A stretch of DNA of 39,815 nucleotides. Origin: Gemmatimonadaceae bacterium. GTDB taxonomy: Bacteria > Gemmatimonadota > Gemmatimonadetes > Gemmatimonadales > Gemmatimonadaceae. Made by a program: the position numbers and the translations under genes. Below are positions 26,972-36,508 of the stretch, one piece after another (position 1 is the first letter of the stretch; the number at the start of each line of letters is the position of its first letter). The stretch covers positions 1 to 39,815 of the forward strand of contig CAXRBM010000082.1 of the NCBI GenBank assembly GCA_964228675.1. Reading direction: 5' to 3'. The notes under the pieces were generated by a model. It saw only the letters and a list, made by a program, of their open reading frames with translations, made no database searches and was not told the origin of the DNA.

Positions 26972-27930
26972 GTCTCTGGGCCGTCACCATCGGTCTCCTG
27001 ATCGTCGTCGGCCTGCTGACCGGGGCGGCGACCGCGCTGCGCTCGGTGAGTCGGATCTGGCTCCGGCATTGGGCGGAGCAGCGTCTGGCGGGCGCGGCCA
27101 CGGCGGCGCTCTACCTCGAGCGGCCCCACCAGCTGCTCGTGGCGGCCGGCACCGGGATCGCGGCGACCGTCTTCACCTTGGGGGCGGTGATCGGACTCGG
27201 CTTCGGGGCGGGGGCCTTCAGCGTCTCACGGCGGCTCCTGCTCACCGCACTGGGACTGCTCATCCTCGGCCAGCTCCTGCCGCGCGCGATCGCCAAGCGC
27301 TGGCCCGCCGGCACGCTGGCGGTGCTCCTGCCGCCCCTGCGAGTGGTGGAGCGGATGGTCGCGCCTTGGGCGGCGCTCGCGACGCGCTTGGTGGACCGAC
27401 GTCTCCCCATCCCGCGCGAGGAACCCACGCCGCAGGAGTCCCTCGAGGACCTACTCCGCGAAGGGGAGGTCGAAGGCGTCGGCGCGGCGGGGGAGCGAGC
27501 GATCATCAGTGGGGTGGTCGAGTTCGGGACGCGCTTGGTGCGGGAGGCGATGACGTCGCGCGAGGAGATCGTCGGGGTGGAGCGAGGCGCCGATGCCGCC
27601 ACGGTGGCGCGCGTGGTCGCGCAATCGAAGTTCAGTCGGCTCCCGGTCTATCGCGAGAGTCTCGATCAGGTCGAGGGGCTTCTCACGAGCTGGGATGTCA
27701 TCGCGCGACCCGAGACCCCGCTCCATCAGTTGCGTCCGGTGGCGGTCGCCTCGCCCGACGAGCCCTGCCATGCGGTGATGACGCGGATGCTGCGCGATCG
27801 CCGACACCTCGCCATCGTTCAGGGACTCGCGGGGGAGACGTTAGGCTTGGTGACCCTGGAGGACCTGATCGAGGAGGTCGTCGGGGACATCCATGACGAG
27901 CATGACGAGCCACAGGCGGGGGAGCGATGA
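26968..27930 (+). CDS. second CNNM(DUF21)-CBS protein lacking the CorC_HlyC domain
   Basis: TM N-terminus with GQLLPRAIA, MTSREEI, FSRLPVY, HLAIV...GLVTLEDLIEEVVGDIHDE. Confidence 0.83.
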   Translation: MSLWAVTIGLLIVVGLLTGAATALRSVSRIWLRHWAEQRLAGAATAALYLERPHQLLVAAGTGIAATVFTLGAVIGLGFGAGAFSVSRRLLLTALGLLILGQLLPRAIAKRWPAGTLAVLLPPLRVVERMVAPWAALATRLVDRRLPIPREEPTPQESLEDLLREGEVEGVGAAGERAIISGVVEFGTRLVREAMTSREEIVGVERGADAATVARVVAQSKFSRLPVYRESLDQVEGLLTSWDVIARPETPLHQLRPVAVASPDEPCHAVMTRMLRDRRHLAIVQGLAGETLGLVTLEDLIEEVVGDIHDEHDEPQAGER

Positions 27931-29000
27931 GCGGGGGCGGGGCGATCGAGCGCGTGCTCGAGGGATTCGCGGCAGGCCACAAGGCGTCGCTCGCGCGCGC
28001 GGTCAGCATCATCGAGGACCAGCGCGAGGGTCACGAGCGTCTCGCGGCGACGCTGCACCCTAAGCTCGGGCGGGCGCGGCGCATCGGACTCACGGGACCG
28101 CCGGGGGCGGGGAAGAGCACGCTGACCACGCTGCTCGCTGAGGCGTATCTCGCGGCGGGGATGAAGGTGGGCGTGGTCGCGGTCGATCCGACCTCGCCGT
28201 TCACCGGTGGGGCGTTGCTCGGTGACCGCGTCCGCATGGAGCGCGTCGCGTTGCATCCCAACGTCTTCATCCGCTCCATGGCGACACGCGGCTCGCTCGG
28301 CGGGCTCGCCTCGATGACGCGCGAGGTCTGTGACGTGCTCGACGCCTTCGGGATGGACCGGATCCTCGTGGAGACCGTCGGGGTGGGGCAGAGCGAACTC
28401 GACATCGCACGACTGGCCGACACGAGTGCGGTGATCCTGGTGCCAGAGTCGGGGGATGCGATCCAGACCCTGAAAGCCGGAGTGATGGAGATCGCCGACT
28501 GCTTCGTCGTGAACAAGGCCGATCGTCCCGGGGCCGACCGGCTGCGCAACGATATCGAGGTGATGCTCGGCTTGCGGGGAGGCGGTGGCCCCGCGCCCGA
28601 CGCACACCATGGGATCGACCTCAAGGCCTTGAACCCGAAGCGACAGGCGCGCGAGGCGGCGGCCCGCGACGACGACACATGGACGCCGCCGGTGCTCCGG
28701 ACGATCGGCGCGACCGGAGAGGGGATGCCGGAGCTCGTCGCCTCGCTCGATCGGCACTTCGCCTATCTTGAGCGGAGCGGCACGCTGCAGTCGCGTCGGC
28801 GTGAACGGCTACGGGACCGCGTGCGCGATGTGGTGGAGCATCGGATCCATCGTCGGCTCTGGCGTGACGAGGGGATCCAGCAGTGGGTGGAGGCGCAGCT
28901 TCCCGCGCTCGAGCGTGGCGAGGTGACCCCCTTCACCGTGGCGGAGGCACTCCTCGCCCGGAGCGTCGCCGCCGGCACCTTCACGGGAAGCCCGACATGA
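27927..29000 (+). CDS. meaB: MeaB/ArgK G-protein chaperone of B12-dependent mutase
   Basis: [47 protein letters not shown]. Confidence 0.94.
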   Translation: MSGGGAIERVLEGFAAGHKASLARAVSIIEDQREGHERLAATLHPKLGRARRIGLTGPPGAGKSTLTTLLAEAYLAAGMKVGVVAVDPTSPFTGGALLGDRVRMERVALHPNVFIRSMATRGSLGGLASMTREVCDVLDAFGMDRILVETVGVGQSELDIARLADTSAVILVPESGDAIQTLKAGVMEIADCFVVNKADRPGADRLRNDIEVMLGLRGGGGPAPDAHHGIDLKALNPKRQAREAAARDDDTWTPPVLRTIGATGEGMPELVASLDRHFAYLERSGTLQSRRRERLRDRVRDVVEHRIHRRLWRDEGIQQWVEAQLPALERGEVTPFTVAEALLARSVAAGTFTGSPT

Positions 29001-30691
29001 CGACCCCGACCGAACTGGATCCGACCCTGGCGGCGATGCGTGACGAACTCGACCGGCTCCGCGCCGAGGTCGAGGCGTGGCGCACGCGTTTCGCGAAGGG
29101 GGAGGTCCGCGATCTCGCCTATACCAACTCCGCCACCGAGGTCGCGCCACTCTACACCGCGCTCGATCTCGAAGGATCGGCGGGAACCGCCTTCGAGGTC
29201 CCCGGGCAGTATCCCTTCACCCGCGGCATCCATCCCACGGGGTATCGCGGGAAGCTCTGGACGATGCGGCAGTTCGCCGGCTTCGGCTCGGCGAAGGAGA
29301 CCAACGCGCGGTACAAGTTCCTCTTGAAGGAGGGGACGACCGGGCTCTCCGTCGCTTTCGACTTCCCGACGTTGATGGGGTATGACTCCGACCATCCGCG
29401 CTCAGAGGGAGAGGTCGGGAAGTGCGGGGTGGCGATCAGCTCGCTCGCCGACATGGAGCAGCTCTTCGAGGGGATCCCGCTTGGCGAGGTCTCCACCTCG
29501 ATGACGATCAACGGGCCGGCGATCATCCTCTGGTGCTTCTATCTCGCCGCGGCAGAGAAGCAGGGGGTCCCGCTCGCCCAGCTCCGCGGGACGGTGCAGA
29601 ACGACATCCTCAAGGAGTACATGGCGCAGCACGCCTGGTGCTTCCCGATCGAACCGGCGCTGCGATTGATCGTCGACATGTTCGAGTTCGGCGCGAAGGA
29701 GGTCCCGCAGTGGAACACCGTCTCGATCTCCGGCTACCACATTCGTGAGGCGGGGGCGACGGCGGCGCAGGAGCTCGCCTTCACCCTGGCGGACGGTTTC
29801 ACGTACGTGGAGCGAGGGATCGCGCGCGGACTCGACGTGGATGACTTCGCGCCGCGCCTCTCCTTCTTCTGGGACATCCACAACGACTTCTTCGAGGAGA
29901 TCGCGAAGCTCCGTGCGGCCCGGCGCATCTGGGCGCGGCACATGAAGGAGCGGTACGGGGCCAAGTCCTCGCGCTCGCTGGTCATGCGCTTTCACTCGCA
30001 GACGGCGGGGGTGACCCTCACCGCGCAGCAGCCGATGAACAACGTGGTGCGCGTCGCCTATCAGGCGCTCGCCGCGGTCTTGGGTGGGACGCAGTCGTTG
30101 CACACCAATTCGATGGACGAGACCCTCGCCCTTCCCACGGAGCAGGCGGTCGAGGTCGCGCTCCGCACGCAGCAGGTGTTGGCGTACGAGACCGGGGTAC
30201 CGAACGTCATCGATCCGCTCGGTGGTTCGTACTACATCGAGAAGCTCACCGATGAGATGGAGGCCGAGGCGGAGCGGCTCTTCGAGGAGATCGCCGGGCA
30301 GGGCGGGGTGGTGCCAGGGCTCGAGACCGGATGGTTCCAGAAGAAGATCGCGGAGTCGGCGGCGCGGCAGCAGTGGGAGATCGAGCAGTATCGGCGGTTG
30401 ATCGTCGGGGTGAACGCCTTCACCACCGAGGAGCGCGCGCTCGAGATCCCGCTGCTCAAGATCGATGAGCAGGCGGCGAAGGATCAGGCCGCCGCGCTCT
30501 CGCGGCTCCGACAGACGCGTGACGATGCGCGGTGCACCGCGGCGCTCGATCGCCTCCGAGAGGCGGCGCGCGGGACGGAGAATGTGGTGCCGTTCATCCT
30601 CGAGTGCGCGCGCTGTTACTGCACGTTGTATGAGATCCGCGCCGCGCTCGAGGATGTCTTCGGGGCGTATCGCGAGCCCGTCTTCTTCTAG
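28997..30691 (+). CDS. icmA: AdoCbl-dependent acyl-CoA mutase large (substrate-binding) subunit, isobutyryl-CoA mutase-like
   Basis: PGx[46 protein letters not shown]; no B12 domain. Phe93/Gln211 sit at the MCM Tyr89/Arg207 positions. Start ATG 28997. Confidence 0.8.
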   Translation: MTTPTELDPTLAAMRDELDRLRAEVEAWRTRFAKGEVRDLAYTNSATEVAPLYTALDLEGSAGTAFEVPGQYPFTRGIHPTGYRGKLWTMRQFAGFGSAKETNARYKFLLKEGTTGLSVAFDFPTLMGYDSDHPRSEGEVGKCGVAISSLADMEQLFEGIPLGEVSTSMTINGPAIILWCFYLAAAEKQGVPLAQLRGTVQNDILKEYMAQHAWCFPIEPALRLIVDMFEFGAKEVPQWNTVSISGYHIREAGATAAQELAFTLADGFTYVERGIARGLDVDDFAPRLSFFWDIHNDFFEEIAKLRAARRIWARHMKERYGAKSSRSLVMRFHSQTAGVTLTAQQPMNNVVRVAYQALAAVLGGTQSLHTNSMDETLALPTEQAVEVALRTQQVLAYETGVPNVIDPLGGSYYIEKLTDEMEAEAERLFEEIAGQGGVVPGLETGWFQKKIAESAARQQWEIEQYRRLIVGVNAFTTEERALEIPLLKIDEQAAKDQAAALSRLRQTRDDARCTAALDRLREAARGTENVVPFILECARCYCTLYEIRAALEDVFGAYREPVFF

Positions 30692-30701
30692 GGCGACGCG
30701 C

Positions 30702-31484
30702 ATGGCGTGGTGGCGAACGTACTTCGACGAGGGGTACCTCAACGAGTTCTCCCCCCTCTTCACGCCGGCGAGCGATCGGGCGCAGGTCGCCCGACTGCTC
30801 GAGCTCTTGGCCCTCCCGGCCGGCGCGAGGGTGCTCGATCTGGCCTGCGGGCAGGGTCGACACGCCCAACTCCTTGCCGCCGGTGGCTATCAGGTGACCG
30901 GGCTCGACCTCTCGCGTCCGCTGCTGCGCGTCGCGCGAAAGGCGGGCCGCGAGGCGGGCATCCCCACCAGCGTTCGGCGTGGGGCGATCGGCCCGGCGCT
31001 CCGGTACCACCATGGCGACATGCGTCGGCTCCCGACCCTCTGGCGCGGGCGGTTCGATGCGGTCGTCAATCTCTTCACCAGCTTCGGCTTCTTCGATCAT
31101 CCCGCGGACGACGCGCGGGTGATCCGTGAGGTGGCGCGTGTGCTCCGCCGCGGCGGCACCTTCCTCTGGCAGGGGGGGAGCCGAGATGGGATCATGGCTC
31201 GCTTCGTCGGGACCGATAGCTGGGAGACCGCGGACGGGACGACGGTGCGACAGGATCGACGCTTCGATCCCCTCTCGGGATTCCTGACCATCGATTCGAC
31301 CTGGTCCCGCCGGCGGAAGGTCGAGCGGCGGTCGCATCGGATTCGGCTCTATACCGCGGATCGGCTCGCGGCGCTGATGGAGGAGGCGGGGCTCACCGTC
31401 CTCGCGGCCTACGACGGCTTCGGTGACGCGCCGTTGCATCGCCGCGCCTCCGAGATGTTGCTGGTGGCGCGAAAGGGCAGGTAG
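30702..31484 (+). CDS. class I SAM-dependent methyltransferase
   Basis: VLDLACGQGRH, GLDLS, GDMR, FDAVVNLFTSFGFF, LRRGG. Start ATG 30702. Confidence 0.9.
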   Translation: MAWWRTYFDEGYLNEFSPLFTPASDRAQVARLLELLALPAGARVLDLACGQGRHAQLLAAGGYQVTGLDLSRPLLRVARKAGREAGIPTSVRRGAIGPALRYHHGDMRRLPTLWRGRFDAVVNLFTSFGFFDHPADDARVIREVARVLRRGGTFLWQGGSRDGIMARFVGTDSWETADGTTVRQDRRFDPLSGFLTIDSTWSRRRKVERRSHRIRLYTADRLAALMEEAGLTVLAAYDGFGDAPLHRRASEMLLVARKGR

Positions 31485-31493
31485 CTTTCCCCC
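31458..31493 (+). promoter_or_regulatory. putative internal promoter for leaderless B12-subunit mRNA
   Basis: TTGCTG (31458-31463)-N18-TAGCTT (31482-31487)-N6-ATG; pyrimidine-only gap, no Shine-Dalgarno. Confidence 0.55.
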
Positions 31494-31907
31494 ATGTCCC
31501 GCCCCATCCGCGTGCTCGTCGCCAAACCCGGTCTCGATGGTCATGACCGCGGTGCCAAGGTCGTCGCCGCCGCCCTCCGCGATGCCGGGATGGAGGTCAT
31601 CTATACCGGCCTCCACCAGACCCCCGAGATGATCGCCTCCGCCGCGGTGCAGGAGGACGTCGATGTCGTCGGCCTCTCGATCCTCTCCGGCGCGCACATG
31701 ACCCTCTTCCCTCGCGTCCTCCAGCTCCTCCGCGATCAGGGGCGCGACGACGTCCTCATCACGGGGGGTGGGATCATCCCCAAGGAGGATATGGAGGCGC
31801 TCGAGCAGCAGGGGATCGGGACGCTCTTCGGTCCGGGGACGCCGACGACCGCGCTGATCGACTACATCCGGGAGTGGTTCGCGGCGCGGCAGGCGCAGGG
31901 CGCGTGA
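31494..31907 (+). CDS. icmB: cobalamin-binding small subunit of acyl-CoA mutase (IcmB-like)
   Basis: [13 protein letters not shown] (DxHxxG), [19 protein letters not shown]. Confidence 0.85.
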   Translation: MSRPIRVLVAKPGLDGHDRGAKVVAAALRDAGMEVIYTGLHQTPEMIASAAVQEDVDVVGLSILSGAHMTLFPRVLQLLRDQGRDDVLITGGGIIPKEDMEALEQQGIGTLFGPGTPTTALIDYIREWFAARQAQGA

Positions 31908-33520
31908 GCGGGGCCGGCTCGTCGCGCCTCCGGCAGATGGCCGAGGCGTCGCGCGCCCTCGAGGAGCGACTGCGACAGGGGGGTGGTCCGGAGCGGATCG
32001 CCAAGCAGCATGCCCAAGGCAAACTCTCCGCGCGCGAGCGGATCGCGGCGCTCATGGACCCCGGGAGCCGATTCGTCGAGTTCGGACTCCTCGTCGCGCA
32101 CGATCAGTACGAGGGTGAGGCTCCCGCCGCTGGGGTCATCACCGGATTGATCCAGGTGCGTGGGCGCGAGTGCGTGGTCGTCGCGAACGATGCCACCGTG
32201 AAGGCGGGCTCATGGTGGCCCGAGACGATCCCCAAGATCCTCCGTGCCCAGGAATGCGCGATGCGGTGCCGGATCCCGATCCTCTATCTCGTGGATTCCG
32301 CCGGCGTGAATCTCCCCTATCAGGGCGGGGTCTTCCCTGGGCAGTACGGCGCCGCGCGCATCTTCTATTACAACTCCCTGATGCGGCGCTATCTCCGCGT
32401 GCCGCAGCTCGCCGCCGTGATGGGGCAGTGCATCGCCGGTGGCGCCTACCTCCCGGCCCTCAGCGACGTGATCCTCATGGTGAAGGGGAGCTCCTTCATG
32501 GGACTCGGCGGCCCGAACCTCGTGAAGGGGGCGACGGGGCAGAGCGTCGATTCGGAGGCACTCGGTGGGGCGACGATGCACACCGAGGTGAGCGGGGTGG
32601 CGCACTACGCGTGCGAAGATGACGCCTCATGTCTGGTGAAGATGCGAGAGCTCGTGGCGCGGCTCGCCCCGCCGCCGCGCACCGCACCGCATGATGCGAC
32701 CGCACAGGCCGCGGCCGATGCGGATGGGCTCTACGATCTCCTCCCGAACGATCATCGGATGTCGTACGATATCCATGCGGTGCTACGCGCGCTCGTCGAT
32801 GCCGATTCCCTCGATGCGTTCCAGCCGAACCTCGCGAAGGAGCTCCTCTGCGCCGATGCGCGGATCGAGGGGATCCCCGTCGGGGTGATCGCCAATGCGC
32901 GCGGGCTGATCAAGGGGCGAGCGGGCGAGCCCCCGCGCTTCGGGGGGATCATCTATCCCGAGAGCGCGGAGAAGGTCGCCTTCTTCATCGATCGGTGCGA
33001 TCGCCAGGGGATCCCGTTGCTCTTCCTGCAGGATGTCTCTGGCTTCATGGTCGGGAAGGAGGCAGAGCAGGAGGGGATCATCCGTGCCGGAGCACGCTGG
33101 GTCGAGGCGATGGCGACGGCCTCGGTGCCCAAGTTCGTGCTCACCATCAATCACGCCTCCGGCGCCGGCTACTACGCGATGGCGGGACAGGGGTTCGACC
33201 CCGACTTCATCTTCTCCTGGCCCACTGGGCGTATGGCGGTGATGGAAGGGGAGGCGGCGGTGGCGGCGGTGCACGGCCCCTCGCTCGCGAAGGCCAAGCA
33301 GGCGGGTGTCGAGCCCAGTGCGGCGCTGCAGGGTGCGGTCGAGGAGATGCGTGCCGACTACGAGCATCAGCTCGATGCGCGCTACGCCGCCGCGCGTGGC
33401 TATATCGATGCGATCGTCTATCCGGAGGAGACCCGCGCCACCCTGGCGATGGCCCTTCGCGCCGCCTGGCAGCACGCCGGGTCTCACCTCGGTCCCTTCG
33501 TGCTCCCATGTCGCTCCTGA
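31904..33520 (+). CDS. acyl-CoA carboxylase carboxyltransferase (beta) subunit, methylcrotonyl-CoA carboxylase-like
   Basis: [59 protein letters not shown]. Start GTG 31904 or ATG nearby. Confidence 0.9.
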   Translation: MSGAGSSRLRQMAEASRALEERLRQGGGPERIAKQHAQGKLSARERIAALMDPGSRFVEFGLLVAHDQYEGEAPAAGVITGLIQVRGRECVVVANDATVKAGSWWPETIPKILRAQECAMRCRIPILYLVDSAGVNLPYQGGVFPGQYGAARIFYYNSLMRRYLRVPQLAAVMGQCIAGGAYLPALSDVILMVKGSSFMGLGGPNLVKGATGQSVDSEALGGATMHTEVSGVAHYACEDDASCLVKMRELVARLAPPPRTAPHDATAQAAADADGLYDLLPNDHRMSYDIHAVLRALVDADSLDAFQPNLAKELLCADARIEGIPVGVIANARGLIKGRAGEPPRFGGIIYPESAEKVAFFIDRCDRQGIPLLFLQDVSGFMVGKEAEQEGIIRAGARWVEAMATASVPKFVLTINHASGAGYYAMAGQGFDPDFIFSWPTGRMAVMEGEAAVAAVHGPSLAKAKQAGVEPSAALQGAVEEMRADYEHQLDARYAAARGYIDAIVYPEETRATLAMALRAAWQHAGSHLGPFVLPCRS

Positions 33521-34557
33521 TCTACGGTGCCACCGGCTACACCGGCCGACTGATCGTCGACGAGGCGCTCCGCCTCGGCCTGCGTCCGATCCTGTCCGGG
33601 CGCACCGCGGCGGCGGTGCACGCGCTCGCCGAGTCGGTGGGATGTGAAGCGCGCCCCGTCGGGCTCGACGATGCCGCGGCGATCGATGCGGCGCTCGACG
33701 GCGTCACGGTGGTGCTCCACTGCGCCGGCCCCTTCGTCCATACGGTGCAGGCGATGACCGCCGCCTGTCTCCGGCGTGGCGTGTCGTACCTCGACATCAC
33801 GGGGGAGATCGGCGTTTTCGAGCGGGTGGCCGCGCTCGACGCGCAGGCCACGGCGAAGGGGATCACGATGGTGCCAGGGGTCGGCTTCGATGTGGTCCCC
33901 ACCGATTGTCTCGCGGCGTATCTCCACCAGCGTCTCCCCTCGGCGACCCACCTTGAGCTCGCCTTCTCTGGCGGCACTGGCCCCTCACACGGCACCGCGC
34001 TCACCGTCGTCGAAGGGCTTGGACTTCCAGGCGCGATCCGCACCGGCGGGAAGATCGTCCCCGTCCCACCCGCGTGGCGAACGCGGCAGCTGCCGCTCGG
34101 CGGGAAGACCCGTCTCTGCGTCTCGATCCCGTGGGGCGACGTCTCCACGGCGTATCACAGCACCGGGATCCCCGACATCATCACCTACACGGCAACCTCG
34201 CCCTCGGCGATCCGTGCCATGCGGCTCTCGCGGTGGCTCGCGCCGCTCCTCCGCACCGAGTTCATGAAGCGGCGCGCTCGGGCACGCGTGCGCGCGATGC
34301 CCAAGGGGCCGAGCCCCGAGGCCCTTCAGCGCACCCGGAGCTACGTATACGGGGAGGTCCGTGATGCGGCGGGGCGCACGGCGCGGGCGACCCTCGACGC
34401 GCCGACCGGCTACCTGCTGACCGCGCAGGCGGCGGTGCGCGCGGCGCAGCGGATCCTCGCCGGCGGTGTTCCCACCGGATTCCAGACGCCGTCGCGGGCC
34501 TTCGGGGCCGACTTCGTCCTCTCGATCCCCTCGGTGGTGCGCACCGATCTCGACTGA
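33508..34557 (+). CDS. saccharopine dehydrogenase-like NAD(P)-binding oxidoreductase (trans-acting enoyl reductase family)
   Basis: [44 protein letters not shown]. Start ATG 33508. Confidence 0.87.
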   Translation: MSLLIYGATGYTGRLIVDEALRLGLRPILSGRTAAAVHALAESVGCEARPVGLDDAAAIDAALDGVTVVLHCAGPFVHTVQAMTAACLRRGVSYLDITGEIGVFERVAALDAQATAKGITMVPGVGFDVVPTDCLAAYLHQRLPSATHLELAFSGGTGPSHGTALTVVEGLGLPGAIRTGGKIVPVPPAWRTRQLPLGGKTRLCVSIPWGDVSTAYHSTGIPDIITYTATSPSAIRAMRLSRWLAPLLRTEFMKRRARARVRAMPKGPSPEALQRTRSYVYGEVRDAAGRTARATLDAPTGYLLTAQAAVRAAQRILAGGVPTGFQTPSRAFGADFVLSIPSVVRTDLD

Positions 34558-34585
34558 TGCGACCGCAACCGATGCCGAGCATCCG

Positions 34586-35935
34586 ATGAGCGACACGCGG
34601 CTGCGCTACACGGTGCGTAATCGGTTCCCCGGGGAGCAGCTCCTCCGCGCCCGTGGGAATCTCATCCGCAACATCGAACTGATGGCGGCGAGCGACCCCG
34701 ATCTCGCCGTCGCGAAGGCCCTCACCGGACGCACGATCCTCCTCGCCTCGCACCCAGATCTCGCGCGTGAGGTCCTCACCGGGCATCCGCGGAGCCTCCG
34801 CAAGGGGCTCGGACTCCAGCGCACGCGCTTCGTCCTCGGCAACGGGCTCCTCACGAGCGAGGGGGAGTTCCATCTCCGCCAGCGTCGGCTCGCCCAGCCC
34901 GCGTTCCATCGCGAACGGATCGCGCGCTATGCGGAGGAGATGGTCGCGCGCACCGAGGTCGTGGCCGCGTCGTGGCGCGATGGGCAGTCGCTCGATCTCG
35001 CGCGGGCGATGCATCATCTCACCCTCGACATCGTCGGGCGCACCCTCTTCGGGGTCGATCTCCAGGGCCGAGCCGCGGAACTCGGGAAGGCGCTCACCGC
35101 CGTCCTCGATTCCTTCTCGATCTGGCTGATCCTCTTCGGCGAGCGGCTCTACGATCTTCCGATCCCGCGGATGCGGCGGGCGAAGCAGGCCGTGCCGGCC
35201 CTCGATGCGGCGATCTACGCGATCATCGAGGAGCATCGCCGGTCGGGGCGCGATCAGGGGGATCTCCTCTCGATGCTGATGGCGGCACGCGACGCCGAGG
35301 GGGATGGGTCGGGGATGACCGACGCGCAGCTCCGCGACGAGGTGATGACCCTGATCCTCGCGGGGCATGAGACGACGGCGAACGCCCTCGCCTGGACCTG
35401 GTGGTTCCTCGCGCAGCACCCTGACATCGATGCGCGGCTCGCGGCGGAGGTCCGCGAGGCCTGCGGGGATCGACCGATCACCATGGCCGATCTCCCGAAC
35501 CTCCCGTACACCCGGGCCGTCTTCAGCGAGGCGATGCGGCTGCGGCCCCCGGCCTACGCCACCTCGCGTGAGGTGATCGCCCCGATCGTCCTCGGCGGGC
35601 AGACGATCCCGGTCGGGGCGCAGGTGATCGTGAGTCCGTGGGTCACGCAGCGTGATCCCCGCTGGTGGACCGAGCCGGAGCGGTTCGATCCCGATCGGTG
35701 GCTCGCCCCGCGCGCCGAACCCTCGCATCGGCACGCGTATTTCCCCTTCGGTGGGGGGACGCGGGTCTGCATCGGGGAGCAGTTCGCCTGGACCGAGGGG
35801 ATCCTCGTGATCGCCGCCCTCGTCCGCCGCTGGCGCTTCCGCCTCACCGTTCGCGCGGCCGCGGTCCGTCCGCAGGCTGCCGTCACGCTCCGACCGGCCC
35901 CGGGGGTCCCGGTGGTCTGCGAGCGCCGTCCCTGA
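34586..35935 (+). CDS. cytochrome P450
   Basis: AGHETT I-helix, EAMR (ExxR), PERFDPDRW, FPFGGGTRVCIG heme-Cys. Start ATG 34586. Confidence 0.96.
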   Translation: MSDTRLRYTVRNRFPGEQLLRARGNLIRNIELMAASDPDLAVAKALTGRTILLASHPDLAREVLTGHPRSLRKGLGLQRTRFVLGNGLLTSEGEFHLRQRRLAQPAFHRERIARYAEEMVARTEVVAASWRDGQSLDLARAMHHLTLDIVGRTLFGVDLQGRAAELGKALTAVLDSFSIWLILFGERLYDLPIPRMRRAKQAVPALDAAIYAIIEEHRRSGRDQGDLLSMLMAARDAEGDGSGMTDAQLRDEVMTLILAGHETTANALAWTWWFLAQHPDIDARLAAEVREACGDRPITMADLPNLPYTRAVFSEAMRLRPPAYATSREVIAPIVLGGQTIPVGAQVIVSPWVTQRDPRWWTEPERFDPDRWLAPRAEPSHRHAYFPFGGGTRVCIGEQFAWTEGILVIAALVRRWRFRLTVRAAAVRPQAAVTLRPAPGVPVVCERRP

Positions 35936-35950
35936 CCTCGAAGATTGCCC

Positions 35951-36499
35951 ATGCCCACCCTCCCGATCGATCCCCGCGTGCGCCTCATCGAGTCCGAGCT
36001 CGCTCGGGTGATGGCGGCGTACGATGCGATCCTCGATACGCTTCCCCTGTCCGAGGTCGATGCGGCGCCTGATGGGCAATGGAGTCCGGTGCAGATCATC
36101 TGGCATCTCCCCAAGGTCCAGCACTGGGTGACGCGCGGAATCGAGCAGGGGGCGGCTGAACTCCCGCGCATGGCGACCATCCCGCCGGGGCCCTCGCCCG
36201 ATCGGCTCCTCGAGTCGATCGATCGCTTCCCGGTGCGGGATCGCTCGCGGAAGGTCGAGGCGCCCGAGGGGATCCGCCCCCCGCGCGGCCTCGACCTCGC
36301 GGCCGAGCGTGCGCGGTGGCGCGAGGGGCGGGAGGCGCTCGTCGCGCTCCTGCAGCGCCTCGGGCCGATGCTGACGAGCGTGAAGGCCGCGCACCCGATG
36401 TTCGGGCCGCTGGACGGGTGGCAGTTCGCCCTCTTCGTGGCCCGTCATGAGGAGCGCCATCTCGACCAGCTCCGAGAATTGCTGGCCTCACGCGGGTAG
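35951..36499 (+). CDS. DinB family protein
   Basis: WSxxQIxxHL and HPxFGxL...HExRHxxQ metal-binding His triad. Confidence 0.85.
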   Translation: MPTLPIDPRVRLIESELARVMAAYDAILDTLPLSEVDAAPDGQWSPVQIIWHLPKVQHWVTRGIEQGAAELPRMATIPPGPSPDRLLESIDRFPVRDRSRKVEAPEGIRPPRGLDLAAERARWREGREALVALLQRLGPMLTSVKAAHPMFGPLDGWQFALFVARHEERHLDQLRELLASRG

Positions 36500-36508
36500 C
36501 TTTCGGGG
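36495..36508 (+). promoter_or_regulatory. putative -10 element for leaderless U32 gene
   Basis: GG-TAGCTT (36497-36502)-N6-ATG; GGTAGCTTTC is identical to the site before the B12 subunit. No clear -35 at canonical spacing. Confidence 0.45.

Noticed and set aside
34262-36460. 732-aa minus-strand ORF, plus other long antisense ORFs (22397-23902, 29402-30763, 17064-18371, 4041-5237)
   Set aside because: They lie antisense to well-supported genes, have Arg/Gly/Pro/His-rich low-information translations and no motifs; they are typical shadow ORFs of high-GC DNA.
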